Shown piece by piece: positions 1 to 7,635 of a DNA stretch of 32,000 bases; the stretch's first letter is position 1; the number at the start of each line of letters is the position of its first letter. This stretch comes from Candidatus Saccharimonadota bacterium (lineage in GTDB: Bacteria; Patescibacteriota; Saccharimonadia; Saccharimonadales; Saccharimonadaceae): positions 240,001 to 272,000 of the forward strand of contig CP064995.1 in the NCBI GenBank assembly GCA_016700015.1. The letters run 5' to 3'. The notes under the pieces were generated by a model. It worked only from the letters and a program-made list of their open reading frames with translations. It did not search any database and was not told the origin of the DNA. The translations under genes and the position numbers were made by a program.

Positions 1-1022
1 AAGTAGGGCGGCTACATGGCTTCGATAAATTACCACGTGAACTACCCCGTCGACTAGCATCACCTGCGGCAAAGAATACGCGTCGTGTTCTTAAGCAAAG
101 GGTTCGCGATAGTTTAACACGTGCTGGCGCCAACGAAGTGTTGAGCTATAGTTTCGTGCACGAAAATGTCATGAAACGAGCTGGTCAGAACACGGACTAC
201 GCTTTTCGGCTCAGTAATGCGCTCAGTCCTGATTTGCAATTTTATCGCCTCAGCGTTTTACCAAGCTTACTAGACAAGGTTCATATGAACACCAAGCTCG
301 GCTATGATGAGTTTGTGTTGTTTGAAATTGGTAAGGGCCACAATAAGCACGCTCATGCCGCTGATGATGGCGGGCTTCCAAAAGAACCTGAGTATATTGA
401 TATGGTGTATGCATGTAAGACAGAAAAGCAAGGAGCTGCCTATTTTGTCATGCGCCAGTTTGCCGAGCGGTTGATGCGAGACCTAAAACTCGCTGCTGAG
501 TTTCGACCATCAATCGATGCGATTGATGGTGTAGTTAGCGCACCATTTGAACCATCGCGCAGCGCAACGATTGCGTTAGCTGACGGTAATATACTGGGGA
601 TTGTCGGCGAGCTAAAACAGACGGTAAAAAAAGCCTTCAAATTACCAGCCGCTACGGCTGCAGCTAGTTTTGATCTTGCGGCTCTTCAAGCAGCGGTCGA
701 TCAAAAAACAAACGGCTATGTTCCGCTCAGTAAATATCCAACAATAACCCAAGATATTTCGCTCAAAGTCGGGTGTGAGGTAAGTTATAGCACGATCGAA
801 GCAATTGTCAGGGAGGCGCTGGCTGCACAGCTGATTGGTGTATTGATGAGGGTTGAGCCAGTCAGCATTTATCAGTCGCCGGACGATATGGAAAATAAAA
901 CCATCACTCTTCACATCGAATGTACGAGCTACGAGAAAACTTTGACTGACGATACCATCAATGCAGCAATGGAACATGTAGCAAAACAGGCGGCCAGTCG
1001 TAGCGGCGCCATACGAATATAA
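1..1022 (+). CDS. pheT: Phenylalanine--tRNA ligase beta subunit, C-terminal part (5' end lies outside the window)
   Basis: Frame 3 is open from the window edge to TAA at 1020-1022. The sequence RLSNALSPDLQFYRLSVLPSLL...FEIGK matches the conserved PheT core pattern, and the C-terminal ~90 aa look like the ferredoxin-fold anticodon-binding domain. Confidence 0.85.
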   Translation, partial: VGRLHGFDKLPRELPRRLASPAAKNTRRVLKQRVRDSLTRAGANEVLSYSFVHENVMKRAGQNTDYAFRLSNALSPDLQFYRLSVLPSLLDKVHMNTKLGYDEFVLFEIGKGHNKHAHAADDGGLPKEPEYIDMVYACKTEKQGAAYFVMRQFAERLMRDLKLAAEFRPSIDAIDGVVSAPFEPSRSATIALADGNILGIVGELKQTVKKAFKLPAATAAASFDLAALQAAVDQKTNGYVPLSKYPTITQDISLKVGCEVSYSTIEAIVREALAAQLIGVLMRVEPVSIYQSPDDMENKTITLHIECTSYEKTLTDDTINAAMEHVAKQAASRSGAIRI

Positions 1023-1055
1023 CCACTAGCTTTTGATTCTTCAGCTCGACCAGTA

Positions 1056-1061
1056 TACACT
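1056..1061 (+). promoter_or_regulatory. Candidate -10 box (TACACT) 7 nt upstream of ATG 1069, with no Shine-Dalgarno (SD) sequence; suggests a leaderless mRNA
   Basis: Sequence cagTATACACTactaatcATG; there is no purine-rich SD between the box and the ATG. Confidence 0.3.
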
Positions 1062-1068
1062 ACTAATC

Positions 1069-1917
1069 ATGACACTAGAGCGATGCACGCCGTACGTGGG
1101 AATTAGCGGAATAGCTGATCCTGTTCAGCAGTCTCGTTATGAAAAAGCATGGAGCGAAGCGGGTCTTAGTGGTGTACGTAATCTACTTCTGGGTGTTAAA
1201 GCTGTGCACAATACGCAGTGGTGTGATGTGCCAAATAAATATGGCAGCAATTGGTATCCGGTAGGGGAGGATGCTTTTTACAGAGCATTGTGGCCTAGGT
1301 ATTTATCAAACGATGACGAGATGGGGGTAGCCCAAATGTATCTTGACCCAGCTACTATCCATGATGACCCCTCCTACCCAGAGCGTTTTGTTGAGCGAGT
1401 GATGGTGCGTGGGCAAGACTGGCTGACTCATATTCAGTTCGATATGTTGCCGTTTCACGAACCGGACAGCGAGAATTGGGGCGAACTTATTCAGCGAATT
1501 AGAGGCAACGGTGTGGGGGTAATAATGCAATGTCATCAGCCGGCAATGCAACTGGGAATAAACGCTGCGCTCGACAAGCTTCGTCGTCTACCGCCGCTTG
1601 ACTATATACTGTTTGACGCTTCTCATGGAACGGGCAAACGACTTAGTGCTGATGCGCTGCTTCCATTCCTTGAAGCAGCCTATAACGACAAAGATTTAGC
1701 GGCAAGCGGCACGAATTTCGGTATCGCCGGCGGACTAGAAAGCCAGGTCATACACGACGCTATGCCTGCTGTCATCCGTTATTTCCCTGATATTAGTTGG
1801 GATGCAGAAGGCCGTTTGCATAATCCGTGGCAAGGCGAGGCAACAACACGAGGTCTGCTGAACGATCAAGCTGTGACGGATTATTTACACGCTTCGGGTA
1901 AGGTGGTTAACCGGTAA
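1069..1917 (+). CDS. TIM-barrel protein resembling phosphoribosylanthranilate isomerase (TrpF-like); function unknown
   Basis: ORF track 1033..1917; ATG 1069 is preferred as the start. The C-terminal pattern ILFDASHGTGKRL...FGIAGGL...ISWDAEGRL mirrors the TrpF pattern D-x-GGTGK...LAGGL...GVDVSSGVE. Confidence 0.5.
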   Translation: MTLERCTPYVGISGIADPVQQSRYEKAWSEAGLSGVRNLLLGVKAVHNTQWCDVPNKYGSNWYPVGEDAFYRALWPRYLSNDDEMGVAQMYLDPATIHDDPSYPERFVERVMVRGQDWLTHIQFDMLPFHEPDSENWGELIQRIRGNGVGVIMQCHQPAMQLGINAALDKLRRLPPLDYILFDASHGTGKRLSADALLPFLEAAYNDKDLAASGTNFGIAGGLESQVIHDAMPAVIRYFPDISWDAEGRLHNPWQGEATTRGLLNDQAVTDYLHASGKVVNR

Positions 1918-2000
1918 CGTCCAGTCAGAGATAGGTATGAATCAACTAGCTAAAAACAACACCTAGTAGGCTGACGCCAGTGGTTCTGTATAAGAACATA

Positions 2001-2029
2001 TTGGAACATCGGTCGCACTGGTGTATGCT
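2001..2029 (+). promoter_or_regulatory. Candidate sigma70-type promoter for the secreted-protein/SipW module
   Basis: TTGGAA (2001-2006), 17-nt spacer, TATGCT (2024-2029). It is followed by the SD-like cAGGGAa before ATG 2069. Confidence 0.4.
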
Positions 2030-2068
2030 ATAACTATATAACCACTAACATAAAGGAATACAGGGAAT

Positions 2069-2563
2069 ATGAAAAACAAAATTTTAATTGCCGCAATTGC
2101 CGTGGTTGTACTTGCGTCTGTAGCCTATGCTGCCTTTGCGCAGAATCTCCAGATTAATGGTACCGGTACGGCAACGGGTGACTGGAACGTGAAAATAACC
2201 GGCATTACTAGGACTTCAGGAACGGGTGTTACAGAAGCTTCAGGCCCATCATTCACAGATACATCAGCTACCTTTAGTACGAATCTGCAGTATCCTGGCG
2301 CGACGGCAACTTACTCTGTGGTAATTGAAAACCAAGGGAATATTGCTGCACAGTTGAGTACAATTACAAACCTTACTACAATCAATTCGGCAGCTCCTAC
2401 CTATATTACCTACGCCGTGAATGGTGTCACGCAGGGAAGTACACTTGCTGCAGGCGCTACCGCTACAGCTACTGTCACAGTGACGTGGGATGCGGCTGCA
2501 ACAGGTACAACCGGCGCAAATAAAACAGCACAAATCGACTTTAACTACATCCAGAGCACCTAG
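2069..2563 (+). CDS. Small secreted beta-rich protein, TasA/camelysin-like candidate fibre subunit
   Basis: N-terminal signal or anchor MKNKILIAAIAVVVLASVAYA|AFAQ. The mature part is rich in T/A/G/N. The strand LQYPGATATYSVVIENQGNIA and the C-terminal strand AQIDFNYIQ resemble TasA/Peptidase_M73 family patterns, from my memory of that family. The gene sits next to a SipW-type peptidase. Confidence 0.6.
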   Translation: MKNKILIAAIAVVVLASVAYAAFAQNLQINGTGTATGDWNVKITGITRTSGTGVTEASGPSFTDTSATFSTNLQYPGATATYSVVIENQGNIAAQLSTITNLTTINSAAPTYITYAVNGVTQGSTLAAGATATATVTVTWDAAATGTTGANKTAQIDFNYIQST

Positions 2564-2584
2564 TAGACGCTACTAAGGGACGGG

Positions 2585-3403
2585 GTGGCCACTATTCGCA
2601 CACTAGCAACATGGCGTGGTACACTATGGCGTGATATCGCGCTGATTGCTGTACTACCACTCCTATTTGTTAGCACGAGCTACGCACTATACACCCAAAA
2701 ACTCACCGTGAATGGGACGGGAAGTGGGGTGACGTACACCAGCTCGCAAGGACTATTTGTTAGCTATACAAAGACGGTTGTACAAGCAGGTGCAAACTGG
2801 AACTACTCCATCGCTTTTATTGTTAAAAATAATGGCACGAGCGCTATTGGGAGCTGGCAGGTTGGATTTACGATGCCGACAGGCAGCACGTCGCTGGTTT
2901 GTGCGAGTAGTGTCACTTGCTCGGCGGCTGGTATGGCAGTTACAGCTTATAGTACGGCGACAAACAAGACGATTAACGCTGGTGCGCAAAGGACATTTAC
3001 GGTTACGTTTACAGCTACGGTTGCAAATGCTGTCTTGCAGAATCTCTCGGTCGCCGGGTATTATGCCAATACGTACCAGACCATCCCTGGGCTTACGGTG
3101 TCGAATACTAGAGGTACACGCACGAAGTCGGGTCAGTGGTATTATTGGCCGTATAATTTTACTGTTACCAACAATTCAACTATTGCCATCAGTGCTTGGC
3201 GGATTACGGCGACATGGAGCAGCACGACCAATCGCGTACAATCCATGGCAACAACGGTAAACTACACGACAAGCGCAACTCAACTTACTATAACCAGTAA
3301 AACTGCAGTTGCCAAAAATAGCACGTTCAACTTTACGGGCTCGCTGGGCTCTACGAGCACCACATGGGTATTGAGCGGTATCGTGATACAGGGGATGCCG
3401 TAA
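2585..3403 (+). CDS. Secreted protein with two tandem CBM2-like beta-sandwich repeats; shares its N-terminal processing motif with the preceding gene
   Basis: GTG start preceded by aAGGGAcGGG. The N-terminus ...LLFVSTSYA|LYTQKLTVNGTGSG parallels the upstream protein's VAYA|AFAQNLQINGTGTA. There is an internal repeat: IVKNNGTSAIGSWQVGF... versus FTVTNNSTIAISAWRITA... Confidence 0.6.
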   Translation: MATIRTLATWRGTLWRDIALIAVLPLLFVSTSYALYTQKLTVNGTGSGVTYTSSQGLFVSYTKTVVQAGANWNYSIAFIVKNNGTSAIGSWQVGFTMPTGSTSLVCASSVTCSAAGMAVTAYSTATNKTINAGAQRTFTVTFTATVANAVLQNLSVAGYYANTYQTIPGLTVSNTRGTRTKSGQWYYWPYNFTVTNNSTIAISAWRITATWSSTTNRVQSMATTVNYTTSATQLTITSKTAVAKNSTFNFTGSLGSTSTTWVLSGIVIQGMP

Positions 3404-4572
3404 TGTGGTGGCGAACTCTGCGTGTTGTTCGTCCGACTGCGTGGATGATTCTCGTAGCTGTACTGACCGCAACGACACTCACGGTCTGGTTGCGAGTGGC
3501 TCAGATTGTGCCGATTGCATGGATCACCTATACTATCCAGCCTCTTCTGCTCGTCGTAATTGCTAGTTGGTCACTGCTTGCCACGCGTGGTCGTAGTAAC
3601 CGAGCGCGGCATCAATCAGACAAAGCAATAATTGTCGGTAGCGCTGTGGCCATGTGGTTTGTACTTCAATTTGTTAGCGGTATAGTTTTCACCTATACAA
3701 GGAATGCGCTGGCAGCAGATGGCAAGAGCATAGCGCTTAATATTTTGGCCTATAGCATTGTTGCAATTGCAATCGAAATAACTCGCTCGCGACTCATTAT
3801 GCTTGTCGGACGTCGGAATGCCGTGTGGTTTGGAATGATTGTGACAATAGTGCTTGCGCTTCCCTATATGAATTTAGGACAGGCGGTTGAATTGACGTCA
3901 GCGGAACGAGTGGTCAAGATGATATTTATCGACGTCGTACCTTCACTGATGATGAGTACCGTGTTAACATTTTTGGCAGTAGCTGCAGGGTTTGCTTCAC
4001 AACTTACCTTCAGGCTCGGCATTGTTGCTGCGACTATATTGCCACCGATCTTGCCAAAATATGACTGGTATTTGATCGCCATGTCGTCGATGCTTGTCTG
4101 TGTAGCAGTATATTTAGTAATAGATCGCAGCAGCCGCCCTCATGTTAATCACCGGGCACATCGCATCTCGCAGGTAAGGATTGCCTATGAGATTATGGCG
4201 TACAGTACAATTGTTGCACTAATATTATTTATGACAGGCATTTTTGCCTATCGACCGATGGCTATCGTCTCCAATAGTATGAAACCGGTCTTCAGTAGAG
4301 GTGCGATGATAGTTGTGCAGCAAGTGCCTGCTGTGGACATAAGCACAGGCGATATAGTACAATATCAGGGACCAGGAAGAATGGTGACGCACCGTGTTAT
4401 AGCGATAGACTATGATCCTTCGGGCACAGGTGAGCGAATATTTATCACCAAAGGTGATAATAGCCCGAGCCAAGACCCAGTTGTGCGTGCGGAGCAAATC
4501 ATCGGCGTTGTGAAGTTTAGTATTCCTTACATCGGATATCCAACAGTATGGTTAAGAGAATTTTCGGTTTAG
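3403..4572 (+). CDS. Fusion of a polytopic membrane domain (~8 TM, ~285 aa, unknown family) to an ER/archaeal-type signal peptidase I (S26B, SipW-like)
   Basis: The ATG at 3403 overlaps the upstream TAA (TAATG). The C-terminal ~105 aa carry the motifs SNSMKP (Ser codon 4276-4278), GDIVQY, MVTHRV (His codon 4390-4392) and TKGDNSPSQD, matching the SipW/Sec11 Ser-His type motifs SGSMEP / THR / TKGDNN. Confidence 0.75.
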   Translation: MWWRTLRVVRPTAWMILVAVLTATTLTVWLRVAQIVPIAWITYTIQPLLLVVIASWSLLATRGRSNRARHQSDKAIIVGSAVAMWFVLQFVSGIVFTYTRNALAADGKSIALNILAYSIVAIAIEITRSRLIMLVGRRNAVWFGMIVTIVLALPYMNLGQAVELTSAERVVKMIFIDVVPSLMMSTVLTFLAVAAGFASQLTFRLGIVAATILPPILPKYDWYLIAMSSMLVCVAVYLVIDRSSRPHVNHRAHRISQVRIAYEIMAYSTIVALILFMTGIFAYRPMAIVSNSMKPVFSRGAMIVVQQVPAVDISTGDIVQYQGPGRMVTHRVIAIDYDPSGTGERIFITKGDNSPSQDPVVRAEQIIGVVKFSIPYIGYPTVWLREFSV

Positions 4573-4580
4573 GTGGGTAA

Positions 4581-5741
4581 ATGAAAAACACATTTGAGCA
4601 ACAGCAATATAATCGTCGATTGCGTATCATGACCACAAGCGGGATTGTTTTGTTATGCTTTGCTTTGGGTGTTGCTGTCGGGCTTTGGTATCAAAAAAAT
4701 TCCGGAGCAACTGTAAGTGCGCCTTATCACTACTCGGTATCGCAATCTATCAGCAATGCGGTGTTGTACCATCAGAATAGCTTTTATGGAACAGACGACG
4801 TAATAGATAATACTGCCTTTGTAGCTCCACTTACCAATGAGATCCGCACACAATTTCATTATCAATATAGTGGCACAAAAAGTGCGGCGCTCGAGTATCG
4901 TTTTGGTGTTGCAGCGCTCATTCGGGGGACCTATGCGCTATCGGGGAAAGAAGAAGAGTCGGCAAATGTTTGGACGAAGCAGTATGAGCTCATAGCGCCT
5001 ATTACTAAGCAAATCAATGGCACAAATTTTGTGATTGATCAACCGATCACAATCCCCTATGAACAGTATCGTATATTGATCGATCAGTACCGCTCAGCGC
5101 TACAGGTACCAGTGGACGGTGAAGCAATCATTTCGATTGTCGTTAGCGTAAAAGGTGTGATTGACGGCACTCCGTTTGATGACACTAAGACGTCAACTAT
5201 CGCGCTACCTTTAACGAGGCAAATATACCAGCCGGCAACCAAATATGAAAAAAATAGTAGTAAAGATATTACGACAGCGTCGAGCCGAGCGACGCAGGCT
5301 GGTGTAAGCCAACTCCTACTAGTCACTTCAGTCGTGTTTACAGCGCTTGGGGTAGCTCTGATTGTCTTCGCAATGCGACGAAGGATTTTCCGCACGTCCT
5401 ACCAAAAAGAACTCGATAAAATTTATCGCTACCATGAAGGAATAATTGTACGCGCCCGCGAACACCCAGATTTGTCGGGTAAGCGAATTGTTGCGGTCAA
5501 GAGCTTTGATGATATTCTGAACCTCGAAGAAGAAGTAAAGGCGCCAATCGTCAGTAGTGAGGCTGGCGAGCATGCAACAAGGTTCATGATCATAAAGGAT
5601 GACGTGGTATATATGTACCTACTTGGTAGTTTATCAACGACGGATGACGAAGTGCTAAGGGAGATTCAAGATGCTTTCGACGAGAAGACAGAAGTAGCAA
5701 AAAAGCCATTAGCAAGGACTGTTCACCGCAAAGTACAGTAA
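4581..5741 (+). CDS. Bitopic membrane protein: TM, ~200-aa external domain, TM, ~120-aa cytoplasmic tail. Its architecture recalls the DUF5305 proteins found beside SipW-type peptidases.
   Basis: SD AGGTGGG before ATG 4581. Hydrophobic segments are GIVLLCFALGVAVGLWY and LLLVTSVVFTALGVALIVFAM. The family assignment rests on context and architecture only. Confidence 0.45.
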   Translation: MKNTFEQQQYNRRLRIMTTSGIVLLCFALGVAVGLWYQKNSGATVSAPYHYSVSQSISNAVLYHQNSFYGTDDVIDNTAFVAPLTNEIRTQFHYQYSGTKSAALEYRFGVAALIRGTYALSGKEEESANVWTKQYELIAPITKQINGTNFVIDQPITIPYEQYRILIDQYRSALQVPVDGEAIISIVVSVKGVIDGTPFDDTKTSTIALPLTRQIYQPATKYEKNSSKDITTASSRATQAGVSQLLLVTSVVFTALGVALIVFAMRRRIFRTSYQKELDKIYRYHEGIIVRAREHPDLSGKRIVAVKSFDDILNLEEEVKAPIVSSEAGEHATRFMIIKDDVVYMYLLGSLSTTDDEVLREIQDAFDEKTEVAKKPLARTVHRKVQ

Positions 5742-5784
5742 TATCTTCAGAAAACGACGGCCACAGTAACTAAACGGAGAGTAT

Positions 5785-6348
5785 ATGAAAACAATACTAG
5801 TAGTAACCGGCAGTGTACGCCCGCGTAGTGCGAATGCGAATGTCGTACCCGAAGTGGTGAATGCGCTCACCAAGCAAGGTGTGGGTGTGAATATTGCCGA
5901 CCTTGCTGTACTCGCGATGCCCTTTTTTGATGCACAGGTTCCACCGAGTGATCCCAGCTTTGCTCCTGAGCACGAATCTGTGAAACAGTGGACGAAAATG
6001 GTAGTCGATGCTGACGGTGTGGTACTTGTGACGCCCGAATACAATCATACAATGAGCCCCGTACAACTCAATGCGATTGACTGGATAGGAAAAGAGTGGG
6101 AACGTAAGCCAGTTGCACTTGTTGGCTATGGGTGGCGCAGTGGCGCTACGCAGGCGCACGCCACCGCCCGTGAAGCCTTGGCTGTCAATCTGAAAGCACG
6201 AGTCGGTGATAGCCAAGCTAATCTGTATTTCATGAAAGAGCTCAACGCAGATGGTACAGTTGCAGACCGAGAAGCATTTGAGCGAAAAGTAGATGCGGCG
6301 CTTAACGAATTACTTGAATTATGCGATACAAACAAGAGCGCACTGTAG
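5785..6348 (+). CDS. NAD(P)H-dependent FMN reductase family oxidoreductase
   Basis: MKTILVVTGSVRPRS...LVTPEYNHTMSPVQLNAIDW is the typical flavodoxin-like FMN_red pattern. SD GGAGAG lies upstream. Confidence 0.8.
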   Translation: MKTILVVTGSVRPRSANANVVPEVVNALTKQGVGVNIADLAVLAMPFFDAQVPPSDPSFAPEHESVKQWTKMVVDADGVVLVTPEYNHTMSPVQLNAIDWIGKEWERKPVALVGYGWRSGATQAHATAREALAVNLKARVGDSQANLYFMKELNADGTVADREAFERKVDAALNELLELCDTNKSAL

Positions 6349-6427
6349 CCAATGCGGGGTGCTAGGACTTGAACGCGATATCTTCAATTTTGTGAGGTTT
6401 ATCACACATCTTCCAGGCAATATATCG

Positions 6428-6433
6428 TATACT
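6428..6433 (+). promoter_or_regulatory. -10 box TATACT 7 nt upstream of the htpX ATG, no SD; leaderless-type promoter
   Basis: Sequence cgTATACTAACTctcATGAAGA. It is nearly identical to the rpiB upstream sequence ctTATACTAACTtctATGAAGA. Confidence 0.4.
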
Positions 6434-6440
6434 AACTCTC

Positions 6441-7310
6441 ATGAAGAATATAGCAAAGACAACAGTTCTATTGGCGATACTCACAGCGGTGTTTATGGGT
6501 GTTGGCTATGCGATAGGGGGACAAAATGGCATGTGGGTTGCCCTTGCATTTGCCACTGTAGCTAATTTTGCGATGTATTGGTGGAGCGGCGATATGGTAC
6601 TTCGTATGCAAGGAGCCATTCTGCTTGATACAACGAGCCATGCATCCATAGCGCAGATGGTGGCGGAATTGGCACAAAAGGACAACCTTCCAATGCCTCG
6701 ATTGTTTTATATCGATACGCCGATCCCAAACGCTTTTGCTACGGGTCGCAATCAATCTCATGCTGTTGTAGCCGTAACGCGGGGCATTACCGAATTGCTA
6801 AGTGATAGCGAGCTGAAAGCTGTTATAGGGCACGAACTTGGGCATGTGAAGCACGGCGACATGTTGATTAGTACAGTTGCGGCCTCACTGGGTGGTGCAA
6901 TTAGCGGGCTTGCTCAAATGGCATTCTTTTTCGGCGGCAACGAAGAAAATCGCAATCCATTTGCGTCTCTTGTCGTACTGTTGCTGGCTCCATTTGTGGC
7001 GATGTTGATCCAACTAGCAATCAGCCGAGGTCGAGAGTTCGATGCTGATGAGCATGGAGCGGAGTTGCTTGGAAACGGTGAAGCACTTGCTAGCGCCCTT
7101 TTGAAACTGGAGTCGGTCAGGCCGGCTCTCGGGGATTATCAGCCGACTCCTAACGATAAAGCGATCAACCACCTCATGTTTGCAAATATGTTCAGTCTGC
7201 AAGGACTCGGGGCATTATTTAGCACGCATCCGCCAGCAGAAGCAAGAATTGCTAGGCTAAAAGAATGGGGAAACACAGCTAAGGGTTCAGGTGTCAAAAA
7301 AACTCATTAG
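6441..7310 (+). CDS. htpX: Zinc metalloprotease HtpX (M48 family)
   Basis: N-terminal TM helices, HELGHVKHGD (HExxH), and a C-terminal ...HPPAEARIARL pattern. Confidence 0.9.
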   Translation: MKNIAKTTVLLAILTAVFMGVGYAIGGQNGMWVALAFATVANFAMYWWSGDMVLRMQGAILLDTTSHASIAQMVAELAQKDNLPMPRLFYIDTPIPNAFATGRNQSHAVVAVTRGITELLSDSELKAVIGHELGHVKHGDMLISTVAASLGGAISGLAQMAFFFGGNEENRNPFASLVVLLLAPFVAMLIQLAISRGREFDADEHGAELLGNGEALASALLKLESVRPALGDYQPTPNDKAINHLMFANMFSLQGLGALFSTHPPAEARIARLKEWGNTAKGSGVKKTH

Positions 7311-7333
7311 ATTGTCTTTACCAAAAACAAGAG

Positions 7334-7339
7334 TATAAT
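7334..7339 (+). promoter_or_regulatory. -10 box TATAAT 9 nt upstream of ATG 7349, no SD
   Basis: Sequence gagTATAATtcatgccatATG. Confidence 0.35.
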
Positions 7340-7348
7340 TCATGCCAT

Positions 7349-7615
7349 ATGGAAGTTCCCGCATCACTCCAAATTCGAATAGCGAAACATATCATGCGGC
7401 TTGCTCAGTTGTCTGATGGAAACGAAGCAATACTGAAAGATCTATATGAGGTTTGTGTTGTTATCAATGACTGCGTCCAAGACGAGTATTCAATTGCGCG
7501 AGACCTTATGGAGTATATCGAGGAGTGTTGGAAAATGGCTGCAGGGCGGGGCGATGAACGGTGGCGTGATGAACTTCTCGAAACCTTGCAGGACGATATA
7601 GATCGTGAAGACTAA
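7349..7615 (+). CDS. Hypothetical small acidic, probably helical protein (88 aa)
   Basis: ORF track entry. It has coding-like composition, is E/D-rich, and has no recognisable motif. Confidence 0.5.
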   Translation: MEVPASLQIRIAKHIMRLAQLSDGNEAILKDLYEVCVVINDCVQDEYSIARDLMEYIEECWKMAAGRGDERWRDELLETLQDDIDRED

Positions 7616-7623
7616 AGTCGTAG

Positions 7624-7629
7624 TATAAT
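7624..7629 (+). promoter_or_regulatory. -10 box TATAAT 6 nt upstream of ATG 7636
   Basis: Sequence tagTATAATgcgtatATG. Confidence 0.35.
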
Positions 7630-7635
7630 GCGTAT

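Noticed and set aside
3403-4257. Possible CPBP (EExxxR-like IEITRSR) or exosortase/archaeosortase identity for the polytopic domain fused to the peptidase.
   Set aside because: The second Glu and the FxxxH/HxxxN motifs of CPBP proteases are absent. There is no intramembrane His and only one Cys, in a non-conserved-looking context, so neither catalytic signature is supported.
6353-6374. tRNA-like sequence on the minus strand (gTTCAAGTCCTAGCACCCCGCA, a T-loop, T-stem 3' arm and acceptor 3' strand look-alike) just downstream of the FMN reductase gene.
   Set aside because: The bases upstream of the T-loop do not pair with CCTAG. No matching acceptor 5' strand, D-arm or anticodon arm can be drawn in the 92-bp gap, so this is not a tRNA gene. 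It could be a ~22-nt remnant of a tRNA 3' end, such as an old integration scar, but I found no second copy or integrase in the window. A tRNAscan/Infernal run and a genome-wide search for the 22-mer would settle it.
6293-6565. 90-aa + strand ORF bridging the FMN reductase 3' end and the htpX 5' end.
   Set aside because: It overlaps two well-supported genes and the intergenic promoter, and its translation has no protein-like features.
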